Positions 8,397 to 17,538 of a DNA stretch of 23,730 nucleotides are shown here, piece by piece. Below the pieces are notes generated by a model. It saw only the letters and a list, made by a program, of their open reading frames with translations, had not been told where the DNA came from and made no database searches. This DNA is from Bdellovibrionia bacterium (GTDB taxonomy: Bacteria > Bdellovibrionota > UBA1018). Made by a program: the position numbers and the translations under genes. Location of the stretch: positions 1 through 23,730 of the forward strand of contig JBMSSC010000033.1 of NCBI GenBank assembly GCA_049424145.1, in the 5' to 3' direction. Positions within the stretch are counted from its first letter, which is position 1; each line of letters starts with the position of its first letter.

Positions 8397-9662
8397 GTGA
8401 AAACTGATAAAAACGGCAACCGCTTGGACAGCATCCGACCTCAAAGTGAGTCCGTTTCTTCAGAAAATCAAACCTCGCTCCTGAGCGAGCCTCAAGAAAT
8501 CCTGCTGCGCGACCCTTCCATTGAGCCGTACTCAACCTCTGAATTTCAAGCCGCTCTCGCCCGCGTGGTTCAGCACCCTTCTTTAACCCGGATTGTGAAC
8601 CGATTCTTCCCCGGAGACGATCCACGGTCCCGAATTGAGAAAATCCGTCAAATTCAATCCGTTGAGCAATTTCAGAAAGAGGTCATCTCTCCGATCCTCG
8701 ATGCCATCGTGCAACAATCCTCTTTGGGACTGCAGGTGACAGGCATGGATCAGTTGGACCCAAAGAAGTGCTACCTCTACCTATCCAACCATCGCGACAT
8801 TCTATGTGACCCCTCCTTCTTCACCAACGCCCTGCACCACGAAGGCTACCCCACCCCACACATTTGCCTAGGCGATAATCTTTTAAAAAACCCCCTGGTG
8901 GCTGACCTTATCAAGATGAACCAGGGCATTACCGTAAGACGAAACCTAAGCCCCCGGGAACTGCTTAAGTCCTCTAAGATTCTCTCTGCCACTCTCACCT
9001 CCCTGATCACAGACGGCCGAAGTTCCGTTTGGCTTGCTCAACGCGAAGGCCGGGCAAAAACCGGAATTGACGAAACCCAAAGTGGGGTCCTAAAAATGCT
9101 CCTGATCTCAGGGCAAGGCTCCCTCTTGGAGCGCCTTTGTGCCCTCCATCTGGTGCCTGTGGCCATCTCCTATGAGTTCGATCCGTGCGATGCCCTGAAG
9201 GCCCGTGAGATTTACCTCACTGAACTTCAGGGAACTTACCAAAAAGGCCCAGAAGAAGATTTGATCAGTATGATGAAAGGCTTAGAAGGGTTTAAGGGTC
9301 GAATCCACTTAAGCTTAGGCGCTGAGATGAGCTCTCAGATCCTGGCTTCGGCCCCTATTTTTTTAAAGCTCGAGAATAAGAAAAAGCAAATCCAATGGAT
9401 CACCCAACTCATCGACGAGCAGATCCGAAAGCTTTTTCAACTCTGGCCCACCCACTTCATTGCTCACGACCTCCTCCATCAATCCCATGCCATGAATGCT
9501 CACTACACGAAGGAAGAAAAACACCAATTCATGGATCGCATGGAAGCCCAACTGAAGACTCTGAACTTCAAGCAGGGGACTCCCCCTCGAGTGCGAGAGA
9601 TTTTTTTAGAAAACTACGCCAACGCCTTGCGCCTAGGAGCCCTCTCCCCTCAGGCGTCTTAA
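8397..9662 (+). CDS. Glycerolipid acyltransferase (PlsC/PlsB-like acyltransferase domain)
   Basis: NHRDILCD (NHX4D catalytic motif), GDNLL, WLAQREGRAKTG, VPVAISYEFDPCD. GTG start; exact start uncertain. Confidence 0.85.
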   Translation: MKTDKNGNRLDSIRPQSESVSSENQTSLLSEPQEILLRDPSIEPYSTSEFQAALARVVQHPSLTRIVNRFFPGDDPRSRIEKIRQIQSVEQFQKEVISPILDAIVQQSSLGLQVTGMDQLDPKKCYLYLSNHRDILCDPSFFTNALHHEGYPTPHICLGDNLLKNPLVADLIKMNQGITVRRNLSPRELLKSSKILSATLTSLITDGRSSVWLAQREGRAKTGIDETQSGVLKMLLISGQGSLLERLCALHLVPVAISYEFDPCDALKAREIYLTELQGTYQKGPEEDLISMMKGLEGFKGRIHLSLGAEMSSQILASAPIFLKLENKKKQIQWITQLIDEQIRKLFQLWPTHFIAHDLLHQSHAMNAHYTKEEKHQFMDRMEAQLKTLNFKQGTPPRVREIFLENYANALRLGALSPQAS

Positions 9663-10943
9663 ATCCTCAAAAAAACCGGGATACGAAATGGCAACGCAAT
9701 CCGTGTCGTGAATTTCAGTGACTGACTCCGCGCGCAGTGCAGCAATACTGAAGGCCATTGCAATTCGATGATCACCCCGAGACTCTAAAACAGCCCCCTG
9801 CAGACGCTGGGGTCCCTGAATCTGAAACCCATCCTCAAACACCTCCATGCTCCCCCCCATGGCTCGGATGTGATGCTCAACAGCGGAAAGACGGTCGGTC
9901 TCTTTAACCCGCAGCTCCTGGGCACCACGAACCTGAGTCACCCCCTGAGCCAAGGCTCCAAGCACCGCCAAAAGTGGCACTTCATCCACCAAAGATGCAA
10001 TCTCATGAGGCTCCACCTCCGTCCCTTGAAGCGACGAGAACTGAATCCGAATATCACCTATGGGCTCAGGACGCATGCGGTGCATTTGAAGATCAAACCG
10101 AGCGCCCATCCGCTGAAGGACGTTTAAAAAACCCATCCGAGTGGGATTGAGAGAAACCCCTTGAAGCTCAAGCTGAGAGCCCGGAACCAGCGCTGCCGCT
10201 GCCAACCAAAACGCGGCACTGGAGAAATCACCAGGGACCTCCACACAGGCGGGCTTAAATCTCTGCCCCCCTTGAATCCTCAGCTCATCTTCCCGCTCTT
10301 CCATCTGAACCCCAAACTGGGGCAACATCCGCTCGGTGTGATCACGACTGAGTAACGCCCCTCGCAAACAGGTGGATCCATTGGCCAACGCTCCCGCCAA
10401 AAGAAGAGCACTTTTGAGTTGCGCACTGGCCACAGGAAGTGAAAAATCAAGCCCTCTGAGCGGCCCCGAGGCCGGATCGATAAAAACGGGTGCGGTTCCA
10501 GCCTGAGATAGACGAATTTGAGCCCCCATTTGACGCAAAGGGTCAGCCACCCGTTTCATCGGCCTGCGCATTAAGGAATCATCCCCCGTCAATTCGACAC
10601 CAAACGGAGCGGCAGAGAGCACGCCCATCAAAAGCCGCATCGTGGTGCCGGAGTTTCCGCAATTCAAGGCGCTCTGGGGCCGAGTCCAGCTCCTCAGATC
10701 CCGACCCAAAACCCGAACTCGCGTGGGATCCTGCTGACTTTCTTGGATGGAAATCCCCAACGCTTCCAGAGCATTCCACGTTGAATGAACATCGCCTCCC
10801 CGGAGAAGATTTCTCACCTCCGTCTCCCCCTCAGCCAAAGCCCCAAAAATAAGAGCACGATGAGAGATGGATTTATCGCCCGGAACTTGAAGACTGCCCC
10901 TCAACGAGAAAGAGGAACCCATGGGATGAATGGTTTGGATCAC
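9633..10943 (-). CDS. aroA: 3-phosphoshikimate 1-carboxyvinyltransferase (EPSP synthase)
   Basis: PGDKSISHRA, CGNSGTTMRL, SAQLKS, RDHTERML, ELRVKETDRL, DHRIAMAF. Start is GTG 10943 or ATG 10922. Confidence 0.97.
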   Translation of the reverse strand: MIQTIHPMGSSFSLRGSLQVPGDKSISHRALIFGALAEGETEVRNLLRGGDVHSTWNALEALGISIQESQQDPTRVRVLGRDLRSWTRPQSALNCGNSGTTMRLLMGVLSAAPFGVELTGDDSLMRRPMKRVADPLRQMGAQIRLSQAGTAPVFIDPASGPLRGLDFSLPVASAQLKSALLLAGALANGSTCLRGALLSRDHTERMLPQFGVQMEEREDELRIQGGQRFKPACVEVPGDFSSAAFWLAAAALVPGSQLELQGVSLNPTRMGFLNVLQRMGARFDLQMHRMRPEPIGDIRIQFSSLQGTEVEPHEIASLVDEVPLLAVLGALAQGVTQVRGAQELRVKETDRLSAVEHHIRAMGGSMEVFEDGFQIQGPQRLQGAVLESRGDHRIAMAFSIAALRAESVTEIHDTDCVAISYPGFFEDLRRLRGEGS

Positions 10944-11144
10944 AGATTTATTTTTCTTAGGAACCCATGCGCTTCAGTCCAAAGCTGAAACACTCAGAGG
11001 ATCCTCAAGAGAGCTCCTTTTAAAATCAGGGGGAAAGAAACTTCTTTCTCCAAATCAAGATTCCGTGTAGATATTTATTGAGTACACATAAAAAACTCAA
11101 GATTTTTTTGCATTCTTTGGCCTGGTGAGGAGGAACACTATCTT

Positions 11145-11654
11145 ATGATGATTACTGCACGAACGATTCGTCCATTCGCTTGGATGGCATTATCTGCATT
11201 ACTGGTTTATGGCTCTGGTTGCGCAAGTGGCCAAAAGAAGTCCATGGAAGACTCGCCCATTTCTATTGCCAATGCCGATGAGAATTCCGGCATGGGCGAC
11301 TCCGACTCTGGAAACGCCATGGGACTTCAAACCGTTCACTTTGCTTACGATGATTCGGCTTTAGACGACCAAGCAAAGTCCATCTTAGATGCCAATGCGG
11401 AGATCCTAAAAAACAATCCATCCGTTCGGGTTCAAATCGAAGGACACTGTGACCAACGAGGGGGCGTTCAATACAACATTGCTCTCGGCGAAAAACGCGC
11501 CAAGGTCTCCTTGAAGTACCTCAAAGGCTTGGGCATCTCCGATGATCGCCTATCGATCATCAGCTTGGGCAAAGAAAAACCCGTAGACCCTTCGACCTCT
11601 GAAGAGGCCTACGCCCGCAATCGACGAGATAACTTTGTGATCACTTCAAAATAA
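11145..11654 (+). CDS. pal: Peptidoglycan-associated lipoprotein (Pal / OmpA-C family)
   Basis: Lipobox GSG-C; VHFAYDDS, IEGHCDQRG, YNIALGEKRA, NRR; strong GAGGAGG RBS; cpoB downstream. Confidence 0.88.
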   Translation: MMITARTIRPFAWMALSALLVYGSGCASGQKKSMEDSPISIANADENSGMGDSDSGNAMGLQTVHFAYDDSALDDQAKSILDANAEILKNNPSVRVQIEGHCDQRGGVQYNIALGEKRAKVSLKYLKGLGISDDRLSIISLGKEKPVDPSTSEEAYARNRRDNFVITSK

Positions 11655-11707
11655 CGATTGAGATCTGATCATTGAATCCTTGGTTGAATTCTTGTTCTTC
11701 TTGTTCA

Positions 11708-12289
11708 ATGAAACCATTCATGATCCAAATCCTTAAAAAAGGAGGAAAGTCTTTTGAGACTTCCTCCTTTTTTCTTCCAAAGCAGCTCTGGTTTTCCCTC
11801 TCGCTACTGCTGATTTCAGGGTGCTCTCTGATTGCCACCCGCCCGGTCCACGAGATGTCTCAGACGGCCGCTTCCATTCGAGCTGCCAAAGAAGTGGGGG
11901 CTGACGTGCTTGCTCCCGACCTTTATCGTCAGGCCAGTGAGTATTTTTTTAAAGCCAAGCGTGAGTATAAGTTTAAAAATTTTGCCTACGCTGAGATCTA
12001 CGCCAAAAAAGCACGACGACTGGCTGAGGACGCTGAATTTGAGGCCATCAAAAACGGAGGAAACCGAACGAACGATTCCGTTCCTGATCCTCTGGCCAAT
12101 ACCCCAGTTACCCCTCCCAAAGAACTCCAAGAATCCGAGAGTCAGACTTTACCTGCTGTACCCCCTCCTCAGGGTTACGACTACCCCAAGCCCGAGGGCA
12201 CCCCGATTGAAGTGTACGAAGAGAGAAAGGCGGCAGAGGACAAAAAAAACACTCTCCCCACTCCAGAGAGTAGCGCACCTCCTCTCTAG
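11708..12289 (+). CDS. DUF4398-like helical lipoprotein with Pro/Glu-rich C-terminal tail
   Basis: Lipobox ISG-C; helical EMSQTAASIRAAKEVGADVLAPDLYRQA...AKKARRLAEDAE pattern; low-complexity tail. Start uncertain: in-frame ATG 11708 or 11720 without SD, or frameshifted TTG 11754. Confidence 0.7.
   Translation: MKPFMIQILKKGGKSFETSSFFLPKQLWFSLSLLLISGCSLIATRPVHEMSQTAASIRAAKEVGADVLAPDLYRQASEYFFKAKREYKFKNFAYAEIYAKKARRLAEDAEFEAIKNGGNRTNDSVPDPLANTPVTPPKELQESESQTLPAVPPPQGYDYPKPEGTPIEVYEERKAAEDKKNTLPTPESSAPPL
11735..11773 (+). terminator. Intrinsic terminator-like hairpin downstream of pal (potentially bidirectional)
   Basis: AAAAAAGGAGGAA-A-GTC-TTTTGA-GAC-TTCCTCCTTTTTT: long stem with a T6 tail and an A6 head. 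Confidence 0.65.
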
Positions 12290-12342
12290 TTATGTTTGGC
12301 ACCTAGCCTTGTTCGCAGGGTCATGATAAGCCTGGGTTTCAA

Positions 12343-13125
12343 ATGCAAACACCACAAACACTCACTCCATCTAGAAGACCAACCCTGTTTCACGGCTTAA
12401 ACCTCGCGCTTGGCTTGCTTCTCTGCTTTTTTATGCTGAGCGGATGCCTCAAAACTCGAGCACAGCTCAAAGAGGACTCCCGAGAACTGGCCTCCTACCC
12501 CACTCTGACCGCTCCCCCCGTTCAGGAAGTCAAAGAACAATCGGCCCTCGAGGACATCAAAGAAGCCGTCGCCTCACTGGACTCCCGGGTTCAGGAGCTG
12601 GAAAGTTCGCTGAAGGACCCGAAAAACATCCTGACTCACCCAGAGGAGCAAAAAAAATGGGAAACCCGCCTTCAGCACTTAGAACAACAACTCACCCAGC
12701 TGGAACAAACTCAAAACTCCCTAACAACGTCCCTGCAGGCTCTGGAAAACCATCCCTCGCTCTTTCAACCTGAGGAAACCTATGCTCAGGCGAAAAAAGC
12801 CTTTGAAAGTGGTCAATTCTCCAGTGCTGCTGAGACCTGGAGCCACTACTTAAAAATGACGAAGGCCAAAAAAATTGAAGAAGCCACGTTCATGAGGGCA
12901 ACGTGTTACTTCAACTTAAAGCAATTTAAAAAAGCGATCGTCGATTACTCGCAGTTTCCCGAGAAGTACCCCAAATCCCCCAGAACTCCCAAAGCCCTTT
13001 ACCAAATTGCTTTGTCTTTTGATGCCCTGGAAATGAAAGACGATGCCCGAGGTTTTTATCAGGAACTGTTGGATAAATACCCAGGCTCTCCTGAAGCAAA
13101 AAAAGCAAAAAAGAAAGCCAAATGA
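12343..13125 (+). CDS. cpoB: Tol-Pal associated coiled-coil/TPR protein (CpoB/YbgF-like), lipoprotein form
   Basis: Lipobox LSG-C, heptad coiled coil, three TPR-like repeats ending YQELLDKYPGSPEAKKA; located downstream of pal. Confidence 0.75.
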   Translation: MQTPQTLTPSRRPTLFHGLNLALGLLLCFFMLSGCLKTRAQLKEDSRELASYPTLTAPPVQEVKEQSALEDIKEAVASLDSRVQELESSLKDPKNILTHPEEQKKWETRLQHLEQQLTQLEQTQNSLTTSLQALENHPSLFQPEETYAQAKKAFESGQFSSAAETWSHYLKMTKAKKIEEATFMRATCYFNLKQFKKAIVDYSQFPEKYPKSPRTPKALYQIALSFDALEMKDDARGFYQELLDKYPGSPEAKKAKKKAK

Positions 13126-14192
13126 TTTTAGGAATTGAGACCTCATGCGATGAGTGCAGTGCTGCGGTGGTTCAATTTGAACCCCACCGTGCAGTTCATG
13201 TGCGAAGTGTAGCTACGTTTTCTCAGATTGCCATTCATCAGCCCTACGGGGGAGTGGTGCCTGAGATTGCCTCCAGAAACCACTTGGAGAGCATTCAACC
13301 CATGATCGATCAAGCGTTAAAAGACGCGCAGGTCCGTGCTGAAGACTTAACCGCCATTGCAGTCACCCATCGCCCGGGGCTTGTGGGAGCCCTTCTTGTA
13401 GGCGTCAGTGCCGCAAAGGCCATGGCTTATGCCTTAGATAAGCCCCTCATCCCCGTTCACCACTTAGAGGGCCATGCTTGCAGCCTGTTTCTCGCCGATC
13501 AGCCCGGCCCTCCCCCTGCACTCACCTATCCCCTGCTTTTAGCCATGGTCTCCGGAGGCCACACCAACCTGTATCGCATCGAAGGACCGCCTGAGCAGTG
13601 GCCGGCTGATTTTTTAAACCAGTCCTTAGTGGGGCGATCCCGGGACGATGCCGCAGGGGAGGCCTTTGATAAAATTGCCAAAATCCTAGGTTTTCCCTAC
13701 CCAGGCGGCCTATGGATTGACCGGGAGGCTAAGAAAGGCAATCCTCATGCATTTGCCTTACCCAGGGCTCTGGCTCAAAAAAATACGCTGGACTTTTCCT
13801 TTAGCGGACTGAAAACAGCCGTATCCCTTTTAGCAGCCCAACTGAAAAAGGAAGGACGCCTTGAGGAATCCCTGGCGGATGTGTGCGCCTCAGCTCAAGA
13901 GGCGATTGTGGATGCGCTTTTGGGTAAGATCCGACTTGCCGCCCAACGCATGGAGTGTCAGTCCATGGCGTTCGTCGGCGGAGTGGCAGCCAATAGCCGC
14001 CTCAGGGCTCGCTTGGATCAACAGTGGCAGTCCCTTGGATTTCGCCAGCCTGTTTTCTTCCCACCCATGAAATACTGCACCGATAATGCGGCCATGATTG
14101 CTGCAGCAGGAGCGTTTCACTGGTCACAAGGCCGATTTTTAAAATCCCCCGATTATCTCACGTTAAATGCGGCTGCTCATTTTGGAGCCTAA
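13122..14192 (+). CDS. tsaD: tRNA N6-adenosine threonylcarbamoyltransferase
   Basis: LGIETSCDE, GGVVPEIASRNH, HHLEGH, SGGHT, DDAAGEAFDK, GGVAAN, CTDNAAMI; ATGA overlap with the upstream stop. Confidence 0.97.
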   Translation: MILGIETSCDECSAAVVQFEPHRAVHVRSVATFSQIAIHQPYGGVVPEIASRNHLESIQPMIDQALKDAQVRAEDLTAIAVTHRPGLVGALLVGVSAAKAMAYALDKPLIPVHHLEGHACSLFLADQPGPPPALTYPLLLAMVSGGHTNLYRIEGPPEQWPADFLNQSLVGRSRDDAAGEAFDKIAKILGFPYPGGLWIDREAKKGNPHAFALPRALAQKNTLDFSFSGLKTAVSLLAAQLKKEGRLEESLADVCASAQEAIVDALLGKIRLAAQRMECQSMAFVGGVAANSRLRARLDQQWQSLGFRQPVFFPPMKYCTDNAAMIAAAGAFHWSQGRFLKSPDYLTLNAAAHFGA

Positions 14193-14205
14193 AGGAGCCT
14201 AATTC

Positions 14206-15087
14206 ATGGTTGCACACGGAAAACGTCGAGCTTTAGGTCAGCATTTTTTAAAGGACCAGGCTCTCTGCTTGGCCATTGCCCAAAAGGCATTAAAAGAGGC
14301 CCAAGAAAGCGGATGCACAAGCCTCCTGGAGATTGGCCCCGGCAAAGGAGCCATCACCCGGGAAATCTTAAATGAACTGAAGCACTATCCCGGCCTCCAG
14401 CGCTTCTTGCTTGTGGAAAAGGACCAAAAGCTAGGACAATCCTGGAGCCAATCCCTGACCGAGCAAGCGCAAACCCACTTCAGTTCAACTCAACTGAGCG
14501 TACGCGTGAGTGATTTTCTCTGCCTCCCTCAGTCGGAGTGGCTCCAAAACCCTCCGCTTGCAGTGGTCTCAAACCTTCCCTATTCCTCGGGCACGGCCAT
14601 CTTCACCCGCTTGGCTGCTCATCCTGAGGCGATCGCAACGCTCGTTCTCATGTTTCAGGCCGAGGTGGCTCAAAGGCTACGAGCGGAGCCCAACACCAAG
14701 GCTCAGGGAAGCCTTTCGGTGTGGACCCAGAACCGCTGGACGGTGGAGAAACTCTGGAGTGTTCCCCCTGGGGCCTTCTCGCCTCCTCCTTTGGTTCAAT
14801 CTGAGGTCGTGGTTCTCAGACGCCGCACCACGCCCAGAATCCCGTTCACCACGGCTCCTGAGGATCAAAAAGTCTGGCAATCCTTTTTAAAAGTGTGCTT
14901 TTCCCAGAAACGAAAGATGCTCCGCTCCCTGCTTCCCTGGAAGCGGGCTCTGGAACGATCCCAGGTGAAGGAAACGCTGCGAGCCGAAGCCTTAAGCTGG
15001 GAAGACTGGGAAAAACTCTATCTCGCTGTTCGAGACGAACTCAACTTAAGCACCGACCATCATCCATCGACTCGGAGAGACCCATGA
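14206..15087 (+). CDS. rsmA: 16S rRNA m6,2A dimethyltransferase (KsgA)
   Basis: LGQHFL, EIGPGKG, NLPY, MFQAEVAQR, AFSPPPLVQS, FSQKRKML; AAGGAG RBS. Confidence 0.95.
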   Translation: MVAHGKRRALGQHFLKDQALCLAIAQKALKEAQESGCTSLLEIGPGKGAITREILNELKHYPGLQRFLLVEKDQKLGQSWSQSLTEQAQTHFSSTQLSVRVSDFLCLPQSEWLQNPPLAVVSNLPYSSGTAIFTRLAAHPEAIATLVLMFQAEVAQRLRAEPNTKAQGSLSVWTQNRWTVEKLWSVPPGAFSPPPLVQSEVVVLRRRTTPRIPFTTAPEDQKVWQSFLKVCFSQKRKMLRSLLPWKRALERSQVKETLRAEALSWEDWEKLYLAVRDELNLSTDHHPSTRRDP

Positions 15088-16508
15088 CCCTCGTCCACCT
15101 GCAAAAGGATCCCCAGCGTTCCCCCTTTCAATCCCCTTGGCTTGGGCTCAGTCTTCTGACTCTGGCAGGGATCACTCCCCCGGCCTTAGCCAACGTGGGT
15201 GATGCCTTTGGCTTTGGATCCAAAAGCCGCTCCTTTTCTGGAGCCACTGTCAGTGGTGGGGCTGAGGCCTTTTCAGCCTACCACAACCCGGCATCCATTG
15301 GCGCTTTCAGCTCAGCTCGGCTGCAGTTCAGCTACGGGATGGTCTTTGTTCAGCCCAATTTTCTTCCCATCAAAAACGTCGTAATTCAAAACCGCCACAG
15401 CGGGGACCAAACGGAGGGTAACCCTTTATATGGCGAGATTGACATGTCGTATCGCCCCACGTTTGGACAGGAAATTGGCCTGACCTATCGGCTTTTTGCC
15501 GACCGCTCCACCCTCAACTTAGGGCTCGTGAGTTTTATCCCCATCCAACAGATTGCCATGTTTGACACGGGGGAACGCCTTCAACCGGAGTATGTTCTGT
15601 ATCGTGCTCGAACGCAGCGTCCGCAGGTGAATCTAGGCGTGGGCTCAGAGATTCTGCCAGGCTTTCACTTAGGAGCAGGCGTTGGCTTTGATTTTTCCAT
15701 CACCTCCCATGGGGAGGCCTTCATCACCGGGAATGCTGGGACGAGCTCTTCCATGAAGTTCTCCTCAAGCGTGAAACCAAAACTCACACCCTACGTTGGA
15801 CTCCTGTATGCGCCTCAAACCGGAAGTCAGTCCGTGAATTGGGGTGCCGTGGTGCGGTTGGCTTCCGCCACGGAAAACATCATGACGCTGAAGACAAGAG
15901 CTCGAGTTTTAGGAGAGGCGGCCGTGGACTTAGATTTCAACGGCACCTCGGCTCTTTACTATGACCCTCTCACACTTGAACTGGGAGGCTCGTTTCCCAT
16001 CACCTCCTCCAGTCGGCTCTACACGCAACTGGATTGGCAGATGTGGAATGCCTATCAACCCCCAGCCCTCTTCCTGGAGGAGCCGACCCAAAATCACAAC
16101 TTTTTTCGCATCATGCCTGGAAAAGCTCCCGATCAAAGCTACACCAACATCCTCATTCCTAAGGTCGGTCAGGAAATCCGCTTCACCGACACCACGGCTC
16201 TTCGCTTAGGATACGCCTATCGACCGAGCTTTTTATCCACTCCCACCACGGGGGCCGGTAACTACCTCGACCCCCCCAAACACGTCCTCAATCTTGGAAT
16301 GGGCATTCAGAGCCCTCGTTTTCTTGGCCTGGAAGTGCCCATGAGCCTGGATTTTCATCTGACGTATCATGCGCTCGTTCGTCAGACGATTGTGAAAACA
16401 GCCGCCAATGAATCGGGAAATGCGCAGGACCCCAAGATTGGCTCCCCGGGCTATGATGCGGGAGGAAACCTCTGGGGAGCAGGCATGAACTTATCGCTTG
16501 CCCTCTAG
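15084..16508 (+). CDS. Outer-membrane beta-barrel of the FadL/TodX (long-chain fatty acid/hydrophobic compound) family
   Basis: Signal peptide ending PPALA; hatch-like GFGSKSRSFSGA...SAYHNPA; alternating amphipathic beta-strands; ALRLGYAY near the C-terminus. ATG 15084 overlaps the rsmA TGA. Confidence 0.75.
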   Translation: MTLVHLQKDPQRSPFQSPWLGLSLLTLAGITPPALANVGDAFGFGSKSRSFSGATVSGGAEAFSAYHNPASIGAFSSARLQFSYGMVFVQPNFLPIKNVVIQNRHSGDQTEGNPLYGEIDMSYRPTFGQEIGLTYRLFADRSTLNLGLVSFIPIQQIAMFDTGERLQPEYVLYRARTQRPQVNLGVGSEILPGFHLGAGVGFDFSITSHGEAFITGNAGTSSSMKFSSSVKPKLTPYVGLLYAPQTGSQSVNWGAVVRLASATENIMTLKTRARVLGEAAVDLDFNGTSALYYDPLTLELGGSFPITSSSRLYTQLDWQMWNAYQPPALFLEEPTQNHNFFRIMPGKAPDQSYTNILIPKVGQEIRFTDTTALRLGYAYRPSFLSTPTTGAGNYLDPPKHVLNLGMGIQSPRFLGLEVPMSLDFHLTYHALVRQTIVKTAANESGNAQDPKIGSPGYDAGGNLWGAGMNLSLAL

Positions 16509-16560
16509 GGTGATTCCGATCCGAGCGCTGGGCTGGATTGAACCTCATTTTTGAGCCCAC

Positions 16561-16582
16561 CCTCCTCCGCTTGAGGAGGAGG
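16561..16582 (+). terminator. GC-rich hairpin after the FadL-like gene (possible terminator or stabilising stem)
   Basis: CCTCCTCC-GCTTGA-GGAGGAGG, 8-bp perfect stem; only TT follows, so weak as an intrinsic terminator. Confidence 0.35.
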
Positions 16583-16939
16583 TTAACGCTTGCCTTCCGG
16601 ATTTGAGATCGCTAAAAAGAAGAGGGTTCTTTGATCCAGCCATGACAAGCTTCCCCCATGGGCGAGAGATCGCGCCAAACGGATGTGGGGTAAACTCTAT
16701 AAAAACACGAAGAGAGTTGAGGCTGACTTGCCGCTTCGTGAGTTTAAGAGGATCGGTTTCTAAAAACTTCACCCACGGAAGGTGGGAAAGTGCGCGCAGA
16801 GGGCAGGATCAGACCAGATGAGGATGGAAGATTCCGAAAATTTCGCGCCCGAAGAACCGCGAACCGGGCTAATCCCCGGAAAGCTCTGGTGTTTATGCCA
16901 GAGAGCCCTTCACATAAAAAACTCCGGTAAGGTACCCTG

Positions 16940-17473
16940 GTGATGAAGACTCATGAAAAACAGAGCGGAAAATCAAACGGACGACGACAAGAAGGGGAAA
17001 AGCTCATTGCTTCCAACCCCAGTGCACGAGCCAATTACTTCATTACTGAAGTCGTAGAAGCAGGGCTAGTCCTCTGCGGAACGGAAGTCAAAAGCTTAAG
17101 ATTGGCCTCTCCGAACTTAAAGGAGGCCTTCGTTGAGGTCAGGCCCCAGGGGCGCTCGCTTGAAGCCTGGCTGTTAAATGCCACGGTCTCTCCTTATTCT
17201 CATGGAAATATCTGGAATCACGATCCCTCGCGACGCAGAAAACTTCTCCTCCATGCTCACCAATTGAAGCACTTGTGGATCAGCGTCACTCAAAAAGGCC
17301 AGAGTGTGATTCCTCTTCGGATGTACTTTAAGAAAGGCTTGGCTAAAGTCGAGTTGGGCATCGGGAAGGGAAAAAAGAAATACGATAAACGCGAGACTTT
17401 AAAAAAGAAATCCGCTGAACGGGAAATGGACATCGAACGCAAGGCCTCACGCCTGAAGTCTCAGGCCGATTAA
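16940..17473 (+). CDS. smpB: SsrA-binding protein
   Basis: EAGLVLCGTEVKSLR, HDPSRRRKLLLH, IPLRMYFK, GKGKKKYDKR. Start is GTG 16940 or ATG 16943. Confidence 0.96.
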   Translation: MMKTHEKQSGKSNGRRQEGEKLIASNPSARANYFITEVVEAGLVLCGTEVKSLRLASPNLKEAFVEVRPQGRSLEAWLLNATVSPYSHGNIWNHDPSRRRKLLLHAHQLKHLWISVTQKGQSVIPLRMYFKKGLAKVELGIGKGKKKYDKRETLKKKSAEREMDIERKASRLKSQAD

Positions 17474-17538
17474 AGTCTGAGTTTAAGACAAGACGCCCGA
17501 GTTCCCCGCACTTCAGGACTGGAGAACACCTTTTTTTC

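Noticed and set aside
10913..10969. 11-bp direct repeat AGGAACCCATG giving a Met-Gly-Ser-stop mini-ORF upstream of aroA
   Set aside because: No aromatic codons or attenuator structure; a single 11-mer repeat is compatible with chance or a small local duplication.
11672..11706. Short tandem repeats (TTGAATYCTTG x2, TTCTTGTTC x2) as a CRISPR or repeat element
   Set aside because: Two short copies each with no spacers; low-complexity spacer DNA, which also argues against the TTG 11672 start.
14895..15083. 63-aa N-terminal extension of the FadL-like ORF
   Set aside because: It lies within rsmA; the signal peptide and ATGA coupling point to ATG 15084.
16545..16821. Small ORFs 16545-16772 (-) and 16603-16821 (+)
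   Set aside because: Short, mutually overlapping, with non-ATG starts and no recognisable domain.
16507..16939. tmRNA (ssrA) next to smpB; GGGTGATTCCGATCCGA loosely resembles a tmRNA 5' end
   Set aside because: No matching acceptor 3' end (CTCCACCA), no canonical T-loop and no Ala-Ala-ending tag frame seen. Loose RNase P-like and SRP-like fragments also do not fit in order or spacing.
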